Of a stretch of DNA of 64,000 nucleotides, positions 20,371 to 29,930 are shown piece by piece. Below the pieces are notes generated by a model. It saw only the letters and a list, made by a program, of their open reading frames with translations. It did no database searches and was not told the origin of the DNA. The first letter of the stretch is position 1. Every line of letters begins with the position of its first letter. Source of the DNA: Candidatus Nomurabacteria bacterium (GTDB lineage: Bacteria; Patescibacteriota; Minisyncoccia; Phycocordibacterales; UBA5272). Both the position numbers and the translations under genes were made by a program. The stretch lies in the NCBI GenBank assembly GCA_029288775.1, contig JARIGQ010000006.1:120-64119 (forward strand), written 5' to 3'.

Positions 20371-20787
20371 ATGCCTTCCCGTAGACAGCGGAGAATCGCC
20401 AAGAAAGTGCAGCGTAACGCCGTCTTCCAAGGGCGCCAGCACGAAGGTTTGAATGAATCAGCCGAGCCGGAGCCTTCTCTCCCTGAACCGCCCGCTATCC
20501 AGGTAGTTGCAGAAACGTCTCCGGCTTTGGACACGATAGGGGTTGCCTCACCAACTCATATTCCCTCTACTTCGCCGGAACCGATCATCCTCCAGGAGGA
20601 TATCGGTAAGCTTCGCGATTTAGGTATATCGGTATACTTGGTCAAGCAGCTACGAAACGGAGGTGTTCCCCACGTTGCCGCTGTGAAGAGTCTCGGAGTG
20701 AAGGGACTGCAAAGCATTGGTCTGGGTCCCATCCAGATTGGAAAACTTCAAAGGACACTCGCGCCGCACGGTGTCGAGATCCGGTGA
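20371..20787 (+). CDS. Hypothetical protein with C-terminal RNAP alpha-CTD/HhH-like domain
   Basis: SD AGGAG; LRDLGISVYLVKQLRNGGV...GLGPIQIGKLQRTL pattern; own terminator at 20801-20828. Confidence 0.55.
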   Translation: MPSRRQRRIAKKVQRNAVFQGRQHEGLNESAEPEPSLPEPPAIQVVAETSPALDTIGVASPTHIPSTSPEPIILQEDIGKLRDLGISVYLVKQLRNGGVPHVAAVKSLGVKGLQSIGLGPIQIGKLQRTLAPHGVEIR

Positions 20788-20836
20788 GGTTACACAAGGC
20801 AAAAGCCGCGCACACGTGCGCGGCTTTTTGATTTCT

Positions 20837-22102
20837 TTACTTTATCTTTTCTAATTCTTCGCGAGCAACTGTTGCATCATCCCAAGGAATCTTAGTACCA
20901 CGGGGTCCCATAATATAGGGGTCAGTACCTTTTCCGGATATGAGTACAGTGTCTCCAGGACGAGCAAGCGAGAATGCTTTAGCAATTGCTTCGCGTCTAT
21001 CGATAATGATATGTGGTGTATGATGGGTTACTCCCGAAGCCACTTCACTAATAATCTTAAGCGGGTCTTCATCATAAGGATCTTCATTGGTGATGATAAT
21101 GTCGTCACAATATTCATCCGCAATTTTTCCAAGCACTGGGCGCTTCCATGAATCACGTCCACCTCCTGTGGAACCTAAAACTGCAATCTTTCGAGAAGTT
21201 GAAAACGTCTCATAGAGTTTGCGGAGCGAATCATCGGTATGCGCATAGTCGACAATTACGGTAAACGCTTGGCCGGCATCTACTCGTTCTACTCGTCCGC
21301 GAATAAGCGACAAAGACTCAATGCCGCGCTTGGCATCATCTCGAGAAATACCTAGTTCTTCTGCAAGCGTGAGTGCAGCGAGTGCGTTTGAAATATTAAA
21401 CCGTCCCGGAAGAGGAATGGTAATTTCTGTTCCACGCCATTTGATAATGCTTGATTCATTGGTTTCGGAAAGAAGCTCGGCATCTTTAAGTGAATAACCC
21501 ATATTTTTTTCTACAGGATAAATGAGGAAGGACGGTCCGTGTTCATTATCAATATTGGCAATTGAAAGGCGTACTTTTTTATTGCTATGTGCGAGACGCT
21601 TCACGAGACGAAGCTTGGCTGCTTTATATTTGGCAAAGGAACCATGACTTTCAATGTGCTCAGGGGAGAGGTTGGTAAAAATAAGCGCATCCATTTCTAC
21701 ACCGAGATGACGATAAAAGCGCGCGCCTTCCGAGGTCATTTCCATAACGACGTAGTCACATCCTGCATCCACCGCATCACGCAAAAATTTCTGTACGAAA
21801 AATCTTCCCGGCATAGTCATTTTATATTTATTAGGACGAGAATCAGTTCCAATTTTAAATCGAATGGTGGAAAGCACAGCGGTCTTCTTGCCTCCTGCTT
21901 CAAGGATTGCGTTTACAAATTCCGTGGTTGAAGATTTTCCTTTGGTGCCTGTAATTCCAATTACGTGGATGTGGCGCGAAGGGTGTCGATAGAGCGCTAT
22001 ACCAAGTGCGGCTAACAGGAAATGGTAAAGTGGCTGAAAGAAACGATAGACTTTTTTTGGAATTATTTTTTCAATTGTACGCAATACTTTTTCCATATAC
22101 AT
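20837..22102 (-). CDS. murE: UDP-N-acetylmuramyl-tripeptide synthetase (MurE family)
   Basis: GITGTKGKSST, VDYAHT, EDPYDEDP, GKG. Confidence 0.9.
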   Translation of the reverse strand: MYMEKVLRTIEKIIPKKVYRFFQPLYHFLLAALGIALYRHPSRHIHVIGITGTKGKSSTTEFVNAILEAGGKKTAVLSTIRFKIGTDSRPNKYKMTMPGRFFVQKFLRDAVDAGCDYVVMEMTSEGARFYRHLGVEMDALIFTNLSPEHIESHGSFAKYKAAKLRLVKRLAHSNKKVRLSIANIDNEHGPSFLIYPVEKNMGYSLKDAELLSETNESSIIKWRGTEITIPLPGRFNISNALAALTLAEELGISRDDAKRGIESLSLIRGRVERVDAGQAFTVIVDYAHTDDSLRKLYETFSTSRKIAVLGSTGGGRDSWKRPVLGKIADEYCDDIIITNEDPYDEDPLKIISEVASGVTHHTPHIIIDRREAIAKAFSLARPGDTVLISGKGTDPYIMGPRGTKIPWDDATVAREELEKIK

Positions 22103-22104
22103 TA

Positions 22105-22665
22105 TTATTTCATTTTACTTAAAGCGTCTTTAATAAGAAGGGAAGTGCTCGGCTGATTGGCATCTACCTTTTGAAGAACATCATGTATTTCTTTTGAGGA
22201 ATAACCAAGCGCTTCAAGTGCAAGACGTACTTCAAACAAAGCATCAGGCTTACTCGCATCTTGGAATCGAGAGAGTTTACCTTTGAGCTCGAGAATGATT
22301 TTTTCTGCAGTTTTTTTACCAATGCCGGGGGAATGGGAGAGGGCTTGGGCATCACCTTGCTCAACCGCGTCTGCTATTGAGGCTGGCGAATGTACCGAAA
22401 GCATGCCGAGCGCAGACTTTGGGCCAATGCCAGAAACATTAATGAGATGTTCAAATACCTCAAGCTCACTTTTTTGTTCGAAGCCAAACAAAGCAAGTTG
22501 GTCTTCGCGCACATGTGTATGGATATGAAGCTCAATCTCAGATCCCGGTACTTTTGAAAGCAATAAAGGAAGAGGGGAAAGTACACGATAACCTACACCG
22601 CCAGTTAGAACAATGATTTCTTTTTCTGACACAGCGCCCACTACGCCTTTGAGGTACCCAATCAT
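22105..22665 (-). CDS. ruvA: Holliday junction DNA-binding protein RuvA
   Basis: MIGYLKG, GVGY, VSGIGPKSA, PGIGKKTAEKIILEL. Confidence 0.97.
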   Translation of the reverse strand: MIGYLKGVVGAVSEKEIIVLTGGVGYRVLSPLPLLLSKVPGSEIELHIHTHVREDQLALFGFEQKSELEVFEHLINVSGIGPKSALGMLSVHSPASIADAVEQGDAQALSHSPGIGKKTAEKIILELKGKLSRFQDASKPDALFEVRLALEALGYSSKEIHDVLQKVDANQPSTSLLIKDALSKMK

Positions 22666-22750
22666 GGAAAAAGTATAGCATGTGGCTATCAGCGCTTGTC
22701 TTGAAAAATAAGCTACTTTGTGGTATAGTTGGAGCTACTTATATAAAGAT

Positions 22751-23017
22751 ATGGCAATTACAAAAAACGCAAAGAAAGCACAGCGCGTAAGTCTCCGCAG
22801 ACGAGTCGTGAATGACGCCCGTCGTCGCACTATGAAGGAAGCGGTTAAGGAAGTGCGCGCAGGTGCCGCAAAGAAGGATCACCAGGCGATTGTAAGCTCG
22901 CTTCCGCTCGCTTACAAGGCGCTCGACAAGGCCGCAAAGAAAGGTATTATCAAGAAAGGTACTGCTGACCGCAAGAAGGCTCGCCTAGCCAAGGCTGTAG
23001 CTAAAGTTTCCAAATAA
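22751..23017 (+). CDS. rpsT: 30S ribosomal protein S20
   Basis: MAITKNAKKA...LDKAAKKGIIKKGTADRKKARL. Confidence 0.95.
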   Translation: MAITKNAKKAQRVSLRRRVVNDARRRTMKEAVKEVRAGAAKKDHQAIVSSLPLAYKALDKAAKKGIIKKGTADRKKARLAKAVAKVSK

Positions 23018-23049
23018 CTCTCTCCGGAGCACTGTAGGTGCCCGGTATT

Positions 23050-23121
23050 GCTCTCGTAGTTCAATGGATAGAATGCAAGTTTGCGGTACTTGCGATCTAG
23101 GTTCGATTCCTGGCGAGAGCA
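23050..23121 (+). tRNA. tRNA-Arg(GCG)
   Basis: Anticodon arm CAAGT-TTGCGGT-ACTTG; T loop GGTTCGATTCC. Confidence 0.9.
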
Positions 23122-23228
23122 CCTGAAATAAAAACCACCCGAATAAAGCAGGTGGTTTTTATTTAACAAAAAAGTTTCTGTTGTATACCAAACAGAAAAC
23201 ACACTCTCGGGTGTGTTTCTACTTCTTT

Positions 23229-23513
23229 CTATTCATAAGGAATTTGTAGCACGATACGGAATCGTACCCCGCACATCTCTTTAATAGGTTGATATTCAAT
23301 ACTGGAAAAAGCTAAAGGAAAACTCCTCTTCACTGTATGGAGATACTCGTCGTCTGTTTCCATAAGTACTTTTCTTTTCCGAGAAGATTTTCCTGGTAGA
23401 AGTTTTCGTAAGATGCTTTGCGGGAGCGTGTGGGGCGGGTTACTTTCAGTCCTTACCACCGTGAAGGATTCAAAGTGGCCGGGTTGATGGATGAGATAAA
23501 ACATTTCTGGCAT
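23229..23513 (-). CDS. Hypothetical protein
   Basis: 94-aa ORF preceded by GGAGGT. Confidence 0.45.
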   Translation of the reverse strand: MPEMFYLIHQPGHFESFTVVRTESNPPHTLPQSILRKLLPGKSSRKRKVLMETDDEYLHTVKRSFPLAFSSIEYQPIKEMCGVRFRIVLQIPYE

Positions 23514-23752
23514 CGGATACCTCCGGAAAGAGCTAGTATTGCGCCTACTCTATACCCGGAACGTGCAAATGTCTATATAAAAACGAAAGCAGCCCAAAAG
23601 CTGCCTTCTCTATTAGAGTATGTCGGACGAGAGACGAAATTCTTACATAACCTTTTTTCCGCCTCATTGTAAGAATGCAAAATAAGCTTACGTCACCAAG
23701 TGACAGGCAGAGCCCTTCCTTTAGGTGTGTCACCTGCATAATCCCGCCTCTC

Positions 23753-23944
23753 ATGAAAAAGATTCTCCTCCAATCTTCATTTGTACTCTTGTTTCTTGCT
23801 GTTCTTGGTCTAACTGTTCTGGTTGTACCTATAGCGTGGCATCTCTTGGAAGAAACCTCATTTAAGTTTGTAGGACTTTTTCTCATTCTTATTGTCGCAT
23901 CGAATGTCCTTTCCAAATTGGCAGTTAAATTCATTACTACATAA
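23753..23944 (+). CDS. Small two-TM membrane protein
   Basis: MKKILLQSSF start; ends 3 nt before the GT2 gene. Confidence 0.55.
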   Translation: MKKILLQSSFVLLFLAVLGLTVLVVPIAWHLLEETSFKFVGLFLILIVASNVLSKLAVKFITT

Positions 23945-23947
23945 TAT

Positions 23948-25315
23948 ATGTCTCCAAGTACTAGAAAATATATCGTCATTATCATCCTCTATCTTATTAC
24001 TGGAGCTTTGATTTGGTCTACGATGGTATTTACTCCAACGGAAATGAATAGCTTCGCTCTCTTTAGGTTGTTCATTATTACCTTTGCCACCATCCTTCTT
24101 ACAAAGTATTTTCTCTATATGTTTTTGAGTCCGTGGTATGACGTACAAATGGCTATTGAGCGCCAGCTTCTTAAAGAAAGAAGAAAAGCACCATTTAATC
24201 CTAAAGTATCCGTAGTTGTACCCGCCTGGAATGAAGAAGTTGGTTTGGTAAAAACCATCAAGACCATTTTAGAAAGTAAGCATCGAAATTTGGAAGTTGT
24301 GGTGGTGAATGATGGCTCTACTGATAATTCAGATCGATTGATGCGAGAATTCATTGCTGAGTATGAGGGTGAGCATGATGAACAGGATCGCATTCCTATT
24401 ATTTATCATTACAAGCAAAATGCCGGCAAGGGGCATGCTCTTAATGATGGCATTCGCTTATCATCTGGCGATATTATTCTTTCTATTGATGCGGATTGTG
24501 TGCTCTTACCTACCACAATTGGAAATTTCATTTCCTATTTTGAAAATCCAAAAGTAATGGCGGCGGTGGGTAACGTAAAAGTAGGTAATCAGGCAAGCTT
24601 ACTTGAGACTTTGCAATATTTGGAATTTCTTTTTTCTTTCTATTTCAAAAAGGCAGATTCTCTCATGAACGCTATCTACATTATAGGTGGTGCAGCAGGC
24701 GCTTTCCGTCGGGAAGTATTTGAGGAAATTGGTCTCTACAATTCTTCAAACATTACCGAAGACATTGATCTCTCGGTTCGCATTCAAAAGGCGGGCATGA
24801 AAGTAGTATATGCAGCAGATGCAATCGTTTACACGGAAGGGGCGTCCACCTTCAAAGGGCTTGCAGCACAGCGTTTGAGATGGAAACGCGGGCGCTTCCA
24901 GACCTTTATTGAACATAAGGCAATGTTTTTTAGCGAAACCGAAAAGCATAACAAGATACTTACCTGGCTTATTATGCCACTTGCATTGTTTGGTGAAATT
25001 CAGCTTTTCTTTGAAGTGATTTTCATTGGTTTTCTCTATGTGTATTCATTCATGACACAAGACTTTACTTCTTTTATGTCAGGTATTGTGGTTGTGAGTG
25101 CAATGTTTTTTGTGCAGATTATTGACGATAAAAATATTAAGAAACGAAATTTAGTAATGCTTTATCTTCTGGCTCCAATTGGATGGTTGCTCTTTTACGT
25201 GACGACGGCAATTGAGTATCGTGCGCTCGTAAAATCCGTATGGGGATTAGCAACAGGGAAGGAGCTTGCATGGCAAAAGTGGCAGCGTGTTGGTATACAA
25301 GTACACAAATCATGA
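23948..25315 (+). CDS. Processive family 2 glycosyltransferase (PgaC/IcaA-like)
   Basis: VVPAWNEE, NDGSTD, DAD, TED, QRLRW; TM helices. Confidence 0.9.
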   Translation: MSPSTRKYIVIIILYLITGALIWSTMVFTPTEMNSFALFRLFIITFATILLTKYFLYMFLSPWYDVQMAIERQLLKERRKAPFNPKVSVVVPAWNEEVGLVKTIKTILESKHRNLEVVVVNDGSTDNSDRLMREFIAEYEGEHDEQDRIPIIYHYKQNAGKGHALNDGIRLSSGDIILSIDADCVLLPTTIGNFISYFENPKVMAAVGNVKVGNQASLLETLQYLEFLFSFYFKKADSLMNAIYIIGGAAGAFRREVFEEIGLYNSSNITEDIDLSVRIQKAGMKVVYAADAIVYTEGASTFKGLAAQRLRWKRGRFQTFIEHKAMFFSETEKHNKILTWLIMPLALFGEIQLFFEVIFIGFLYVYSFMTQDFTSFMSGIVVVSAMFFVQIIDDKNIKKRNLVMLYLLAPIGWLLFYVTTAIEYRALVKSVWGLATGKELAWQKWQRVGIQVHKS

Positions 25316-26892
25316 AGCAGAAATTTTTTATTGCACTCTATACGATAGGTATTGTTATAGCGGTGGGTCTTTTTACGGGTATCGTAACGATATTGCGTCG
25401 CGCTCCCATAGAACCGCTTTCTCCGGAAGAGCGTACTGACGTTGCTCTTTCGCAATACGCAGAGCGACCCAATTCAACAACCACCTATGGCACATCAAAT
25501 ATTCCTGTTTTTTTGACACCATACATTTTCCCAAACAAGGAACCTCTTGCTCCTGGGTGTTCACTTAGGTTTGCTTTGGATCCGGTGAAAAAAGCAGTAG
25601 AACCAGGGGGAACGATCGATTATCGCATTACCATTTCCAATCAAGGTAAAGATACATGCCAGAACACAAGCCTGTCTTTGTACTATTCGAGCATTGAACA
25701 TTATATGGCCTCAGATCCAAAACCAACCGCAAGCGACTACTATTGGTCCTTTGGTGACATTGGTTCGGCTAAAGCAGCTACCATTTCCCTTACTACCAAA
25801 AATACCGCTTCCAATGGTCAGGACATTATTTCAGAAGGGTGTGTAAGTGCAGACAATACTTCAGATGTATGTTCACAAACGGTTATTTTTGTGGAATCTG
25901 GAGCATCCAAAACGCCCGGGTTAGCTGATACCCTGGCACCAGGATTATTGTCGAAAGTAAAAGCGAGTGTCTCCAGTGCGCTCTCCGGAAATGACTTTAA
26001 AGTAAGCCCTTCTAAAGAATTGGGAATTTGGGTGTGGGATTCTCCTAAAAAGATGACTACAGCGTACGCGTCAAAAGTAATTAGTGTTTCTCATTCCAAC
26101 GGGTTCAATGTCATCTATCTCACTATCGATGATTATGTTCCTATTAGTCAGGAATCCGGTTCGCAAAAAGATCAAGATACCAAGGAGTATATGAAGGCAC
26201 TTGCGGCTTTTGTGCAATCTGCTCAGCAATCTGGTATTCAAGTAGATGCGGTGGGAGGGGCAAAAGATTGGGCATTGCCGGAGAATCGCTGGAAAGGGTA
26301 TGCGCTTATTGATTTTGTAAAACTCTATAATGAGACCTATCCTAACGCTCCCATTCGGAATCTGCAGTACGACGTTGAACCGTATCTCTTGAGTGATTAT
26401 GATTCAGACAAAGCATCCATTCTAAAACAGTACGTCGAGTTTATCGATCAATCTGCACAGCGTATGAAGGAAGTGCCGGCCGGATTTTCGGTGGTTATTC
26501 CACATTTCTATGATAAGAATCAAAATTGGACTCCTTCTATTACGTATAATGGTGTCAATGCATATACCTATACACAACTTCTTCGTGTATTGGCTCAGAA
26601 AAATAACACCGAGATGCTTATTATGGCGTACCGAAACTTCTTAGATGGAGATAATGGGGTGCAAAAAATTTCTCAGGAAGAAATTCAAGAAGCATCCTCA
26701 GGAAATTATCATACAAAAATAATTGTTGCACAGGAAACAGGAGATGTGTCTCCGGATTATGTAACCTTCCATGATTACCCGAAGGTGTCCTTATATGACG
26801 CTCTTTCTCAGATTCAGAGTCGTTTCGGGTCGTATCGAAGTTTTGGCGGAACAGCTGTTCACTATTTCGATTCGTTTATGAAATTGGAATAA
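25312..26892 (+). CDS. Membrane-anchored DUF11-like Ig domain plus putative glycoside hydrolase TIM barrel
   Basis: N-terminal TM; IWVW, QYDVEPY, IMAYR motifs; ATGA-type overlap with GT2. Confidence 0.65.
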   Translation: MKQKFFIALYTIGIVIAVGLFTGIVTILRRAPIEPLSPEERTDVALSQYAERPNSTTTYGTSNIPVFLTPYIFPNKEPLAPGCSLRFALDPVKKAVEPGGTIDYRITISNQGKDTCQNTSLSLYYSSIEHYMASDPKPTASDYYWSFGDIGSAKAATISLTTKNTASNGQDIISEGCVSADNTSDVCSQTVIFVESGASKTPGLADTLAPGLLSKVKASVSSALSGNDFKVSPSKELGIWVWDSPKKMTTAYASKVISVSHSNGFNVIYLTIDDYVPISQESGSQKDQDTKEYMKALAAFVQSAQQSGIQVDAVGGAKDWALPENRWKGYALIDFVKLYNETYPNAPIRNLQYDVEPYLLSDYDSDKASILKQYVEFIDQSAQRMKEVPAGFSVVIPHFYDKNQNWTPSITYNGVNAYTYTQLLRVLAQKNNTEMLIMAYRNFLDGDNGVQKISQEEIQEASSGNYHTKIIVAQETGDVSPDYVTFHDYPKVSLYDALSQIQSRFGSYRSFGGTAVHYFDSFMKLE

Positions 26893-26983
26893 AAGATAGC
26901 TTCATACCTGCGATGTACAAAGGTGAGATTCTGTCACCAGAAATTAAAAAGCCAGAGCTTATTGCTCTGGCTTTTTAATTGTG

Positions 26984-27070
26984 CGGAGGAGGTGAGATTC
27001 GAACTCACGGTCCGGTTGCCCAGACTCCTGTTTTCAAGACAGGTGCAATCGACCACTCTGCCACTCCTCC
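26984..27070 (-). tRNA. tRNA-Ser(TGA)
   Basis: GGAGGAGTGGCAGAGTGG...CTTGAAA; long variable arm; GTTCGAATC. Confidence 0.95.
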
Positions 27071-27248
27071 GTGTCTATGGACAACCGGACATTAATGATA
27101 GCTCCGGTTGAACAGAATTCTGTTTGGCAGACTGGTCGATCGACCACTCTGCCACTCCTTCAATTCGATTGTCGTACTACTCTATCATAAATGGTTCCTT
27201 TTTGAAATATGTCGCTTTGTGGTTCGGCACCTTATATACTACTTACAT

Positions 27249-27593
27249 ATGAAAAAATTTTTAGTGCTATTTTCAATGCCGCATGAAGGCATGGAGGAGT
27301 GGATGAAGACTGATGAAGCAACCCGCAAAGAAGCTGAAGCTAAAATGAAGGCGGATTGGGATGCGTGGATGATGTCTCATAAGGATATGATTCTCGAAAC
27401 TGCTGGTGCAGGTAAGATGACAAAAGTAACTCAGGGCGCGTCAGAGGATTCACACAATGACATTATGCTGTATGCCCTGGTACAAGGGGAAGATAAAGAA
27501 AGTGTTGTGAAAATGTTTGAAGCTCATCCACATCTTGGCATTCCGGGTTCATGGATTGAAGTCATGGAAGCAAACACTATTCCGCTTAGCTAG
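27249..27593 (+). CDS. YCII-like protein
   Basis: MKKFLVLF...WDAWM...FEAHPHL...IEVME. Confidence 0.6.
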   Translation: MKKFLVLFSMPHEGMEEWMKTDEATRKEAEAKMKADWDAWMMSHKDMILETAGAGKMTKVTQGASEDSHNDIMLYALVQGEDKESVVKMFEAHPHLGIPGSWIEVMEANTIPLS

Positions 27594-27676
27594 CACTGGC
27601 TAATACTCAGAGCTCCTTGCTATACTTTGGGCATGGATACTAAGGTACTTGATGAACCAAGGGAAGGCATTAGCGT

Positions 27677-28132
27677 ATGAAAGTATTAGGTATTGATTTT
27701 GGAACTAAAAAGGTTGGATTTGCACAGTCAGATGACGAGGGACGACTTGCTTTTCCGTTGATGATTTCCCCTAATGATGCGCAGCTTTTGAAGGACACGA
27801 TGGAACTCATTCGAGAAATGAAGTTTTCTACTGTGGTGATTGGAGAAAGTGTAGATCAAAAAGGAAAGGCAAATCCTATTGCTAAGGAAGCTCGTGCGTT
27901 TGGCAAAAAATTGGAGGATGCATGCGATGTCCAGATTGTTTTTGAGAAGGAATGGTATTCCACCGTAGAGGCTCGCAAACAGCCTGGGAAGGAGGGGTCG
28001 CATGATGTAGATGATCAGGCGGCTGCGATCGTGCTTCAGCGTTATTTGGATAAGGTAAACGGTCCAGGAGTAGCAGAGGAGGAAACACTTGAGGATGAGG
28101 AAGAAAGTGACGGCGATGCAGATAATTGGTAG
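27677..28132 (+). CDS. ruvX: YqgF/RuvX family nuclease
   Basis: VLGIDFGTKKVGFA; VDDQAAAIVLQRYLD. Confidence 0.9.
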   Translation: MKVLGIDFGTKKVGFAQSDDEGRLAFPLMISPNDAQLLKDTMELIREMKFSTVVIGESVDQKGKANPIAKEARAFGKKLEDACDVQIVFEKEWYSTVEARKQPGKEGSHDVDDQAAAIVLQRYLDKVNGPGVAEEETLEDEEESDGDADNW

Positions 28133-28141
28133 AGTGGAAGT

Positions 28142-28498
28142 ATGAATCAAGAAGAACCACAAGCTACTCCTACCTACGCCTCCATTGAGGATTTTCAGAA
28201 AATAGAATTGCGTCTAGGTACCGTGCTTTCTGTTGATGTTGTTGAAGGAGCAGACAAATTATATTTACTAAAAGTAGATTTTGGAGAAGCTACCCCACGA
28301 CAAATCTTATCAGGCATTCGTGAGTTTGTTTCGCCTGAAGCGCTTCTTCATAAGCAATTTCCTTTTGTTACCAATCTTCCTCCGCGTATGCTGCGTGGTC
28401 ATGAATCGGAGGGGATGATTTTGGCTGCATCTTATGCTGAGCAACTTGCCCTTCTTAATCCAACCACTCCTCTTCCAAATGGAACACGCCTCCGATAA
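28142..28498 (+). CDS. Stand-alone tRNA-binding OB-fold protein (MetG C-terminal/Trbp111-like)
   Basis: EDFQKIELRLG, GADKL, NLPPRMLRGHESEGMILA. Confidence 0.88.
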   Translation: MNQEEPQATPTYASIEDFQKIELRLGTVLSVDVVEGADKLYLLKVDFGEATPRQILSGIREFVSPEALLHKQFPFVTNLPPRMLRGHESEGMILAASYAEQLALLNPTTPLPNGTRLR

Positions 28499-29099
28499 TC
28501 AAGTTTTGAATCATGATGTCAAGCGGGTTGATAGGTGGATTCGGTATGTGGCGACACGCACTTGGGTGCGTACCGGAGTGTACGTTGTGGCAGTGCTTGA
28601 GGCGACGATTTCTCCACTTTTGCCAGAGCTTGTTGTTGCGGCAATTCTTTCCTATCGAAAAGATATTTCATGGAAACTCCTGAGTATTATCTCCGCTTGC
28701 GGCTCTGCAACAGGAGTAGCTATTTTATACTTGCTTGGTAAATATCTTTACCGAGCACATGAAGCTTTCTTTGAACATGTGTTAGGTGGAGCTTTAGGGG
28801 TGTATACGCAGAAATTATTATCTGGTAATACATTTGTGAGTATGTTCTTGGCTGCTTTTACTCCGCTTCCGGATCGTATTTTCGCATTCCTTTCTGGTGT
28901 CTTTGCGCTCTCTCTTCCGATTACGATTCTAGCTTTTTTCTTAGGGCGACTTATTCGTGTTTCTATCGTTGCTTATTTTTCGTATCAGTTTGGAGATGAG
29001 GCTCGAAAGTATATTTTGCGTCACAGTCGATTGGCTTTAGTATGTGTACTTGGACTTGTCATTCTCTACGTACTCTTAAAACATTTCGGTATACTGTAA
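28479..29099 (+). CDS. YqaA/VTT (DedA superfamily) membrane protein
   Basis: EATISPLLPE, AAFTPLP, GRLIR. Confidence 0.75.
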   Translation: MEHASDNQVLNHDVKRVDRWIRYVATRTWVRTGVYVVAVLEATISPLLPELVVAAILSYRKDISWKLLSIISACGSATGVAILYLLGKYLYRAHEAFFEHVLGGALGVYTQKLLSGNTFVSMFLAAFTPLPDRIFAFLSGVFALSLPITILAFFLGRLIRVSIVAYFSYQFGDEARKYILRHSRLALVCVLGLVILYVLLKHFGIL

Positions 29100-29102
29100 T
29101 AT

Positions 29103-29336
29103 ATGAAGCATCACGTCTGTATTTTTGATGATTATATTGTTTTTGATGGAGAAACAATCCCTGTGGGCAAAATTCTTATCGAAAAAGAAATCACCAGAGC
29201 GTTAAGCGAAGTGCTGGATACTATTGTGCATAAAATTGGAAAAGATGAAGTAATCGTATGTGGATCGGGAGATGCACGGAGAATGCTTGGACGAAAGTTG
29301 GAAGATCGTCTGGGGAGGGAGGTAGTTTACGAATAA
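29103..29336 (+). CDS. Hypothetical protein
   Basis: 77-aa ORF in the operon; terminator at 29346-29374. Confidence 0.55.
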   Translation: MKHHVCIFDDYIVFDGETIPVGKILIEKEITRALSEVLDTIVHKIGKDEVIVCGSGDARRMLGRKLEDRLGREVVYE

Positions 29337-29382
29337 GTATGAATGAAAAAAGCGTTCCTCCGGGGACGCTTTTTCGTGGTGG

Positions 29383-29583
29383 TCAGATATCGCGAGCCAC
29401 GTTGTGCACGGGGCTTGCATGATCTGTCATGGTGACGACATCCGTGTAGTCGGGCGGGGTAAAGGTTTGCCCGCGCCTGCTCTTGGATTCCGTCGGTTTT
29501 CGATGCCCGGTCGTCTGCTTGGATGCAGAGTCAGCGCCAATCTCTTCGTTGCGCGCTTGCCACCAGGGTTTGGTTTCGGTCAT
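29383..29583 (-). CDS. Small GC-rich hypothetical protein
   Basis: SD GAGGAGG upstream; ends at a shared terminator. Confidence 0.5.
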   Translation of the reverse strand: MTETKPWWQARNEEIGADSASKQTTGHRKPTESKSRRGQTFTPPDYTDVVTMTDHASPVHNVARDI

Positions 29584-29668
29584 GAATGGCCTCCTCAGGC
29601 TCTTGGGGTAAAAAGCTTCTGGACTTTAGTGTAGCGCTAATTTGCCATCTGTATAGAGGAATAGTATA

Positions 29669-29743
29669 TGGTGCCTCGGAGTGGAATCGAACCACTATTA
29701 ACGGCTTAGAAGTCCGCTGTTCTATCCATTGAACTACCAAGGC
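29669..29743 (-). tRNA. tRNA-Arg(TCT)
   Basis: GCCTTGGTAGTTCAATGGATAGAAC...CTTCTAA...GGTTCGATTCC; CCA encoded. Confidence 0.93.
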
Positions 29744-29807
29744 AATTGGATTTCCTCATACTAGCAAAAAATAGCGAAATGATGTAGTATGTGGAGACTC
29801 TAAAAGA

Positions 29808-29883
29808 GGGCGATTAGCTCAGTTGGTAGAGCAACTCGTTTACACCGAGAAGGTCGGGGGTTCGAGTCCCTCATCGCCCACCA
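29808..29883 (+). tRNA. tRNA-Val(TAC)
   Basis: 76-nt cloverleaf, loop TTTACAC, CCA encoded. Confidence 0.95.
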
Positions 29884-29930
29884 CGTAAAAATGACACGAG
29901 CAACCGTGTCATTTTTGCTAGACTACTTAT

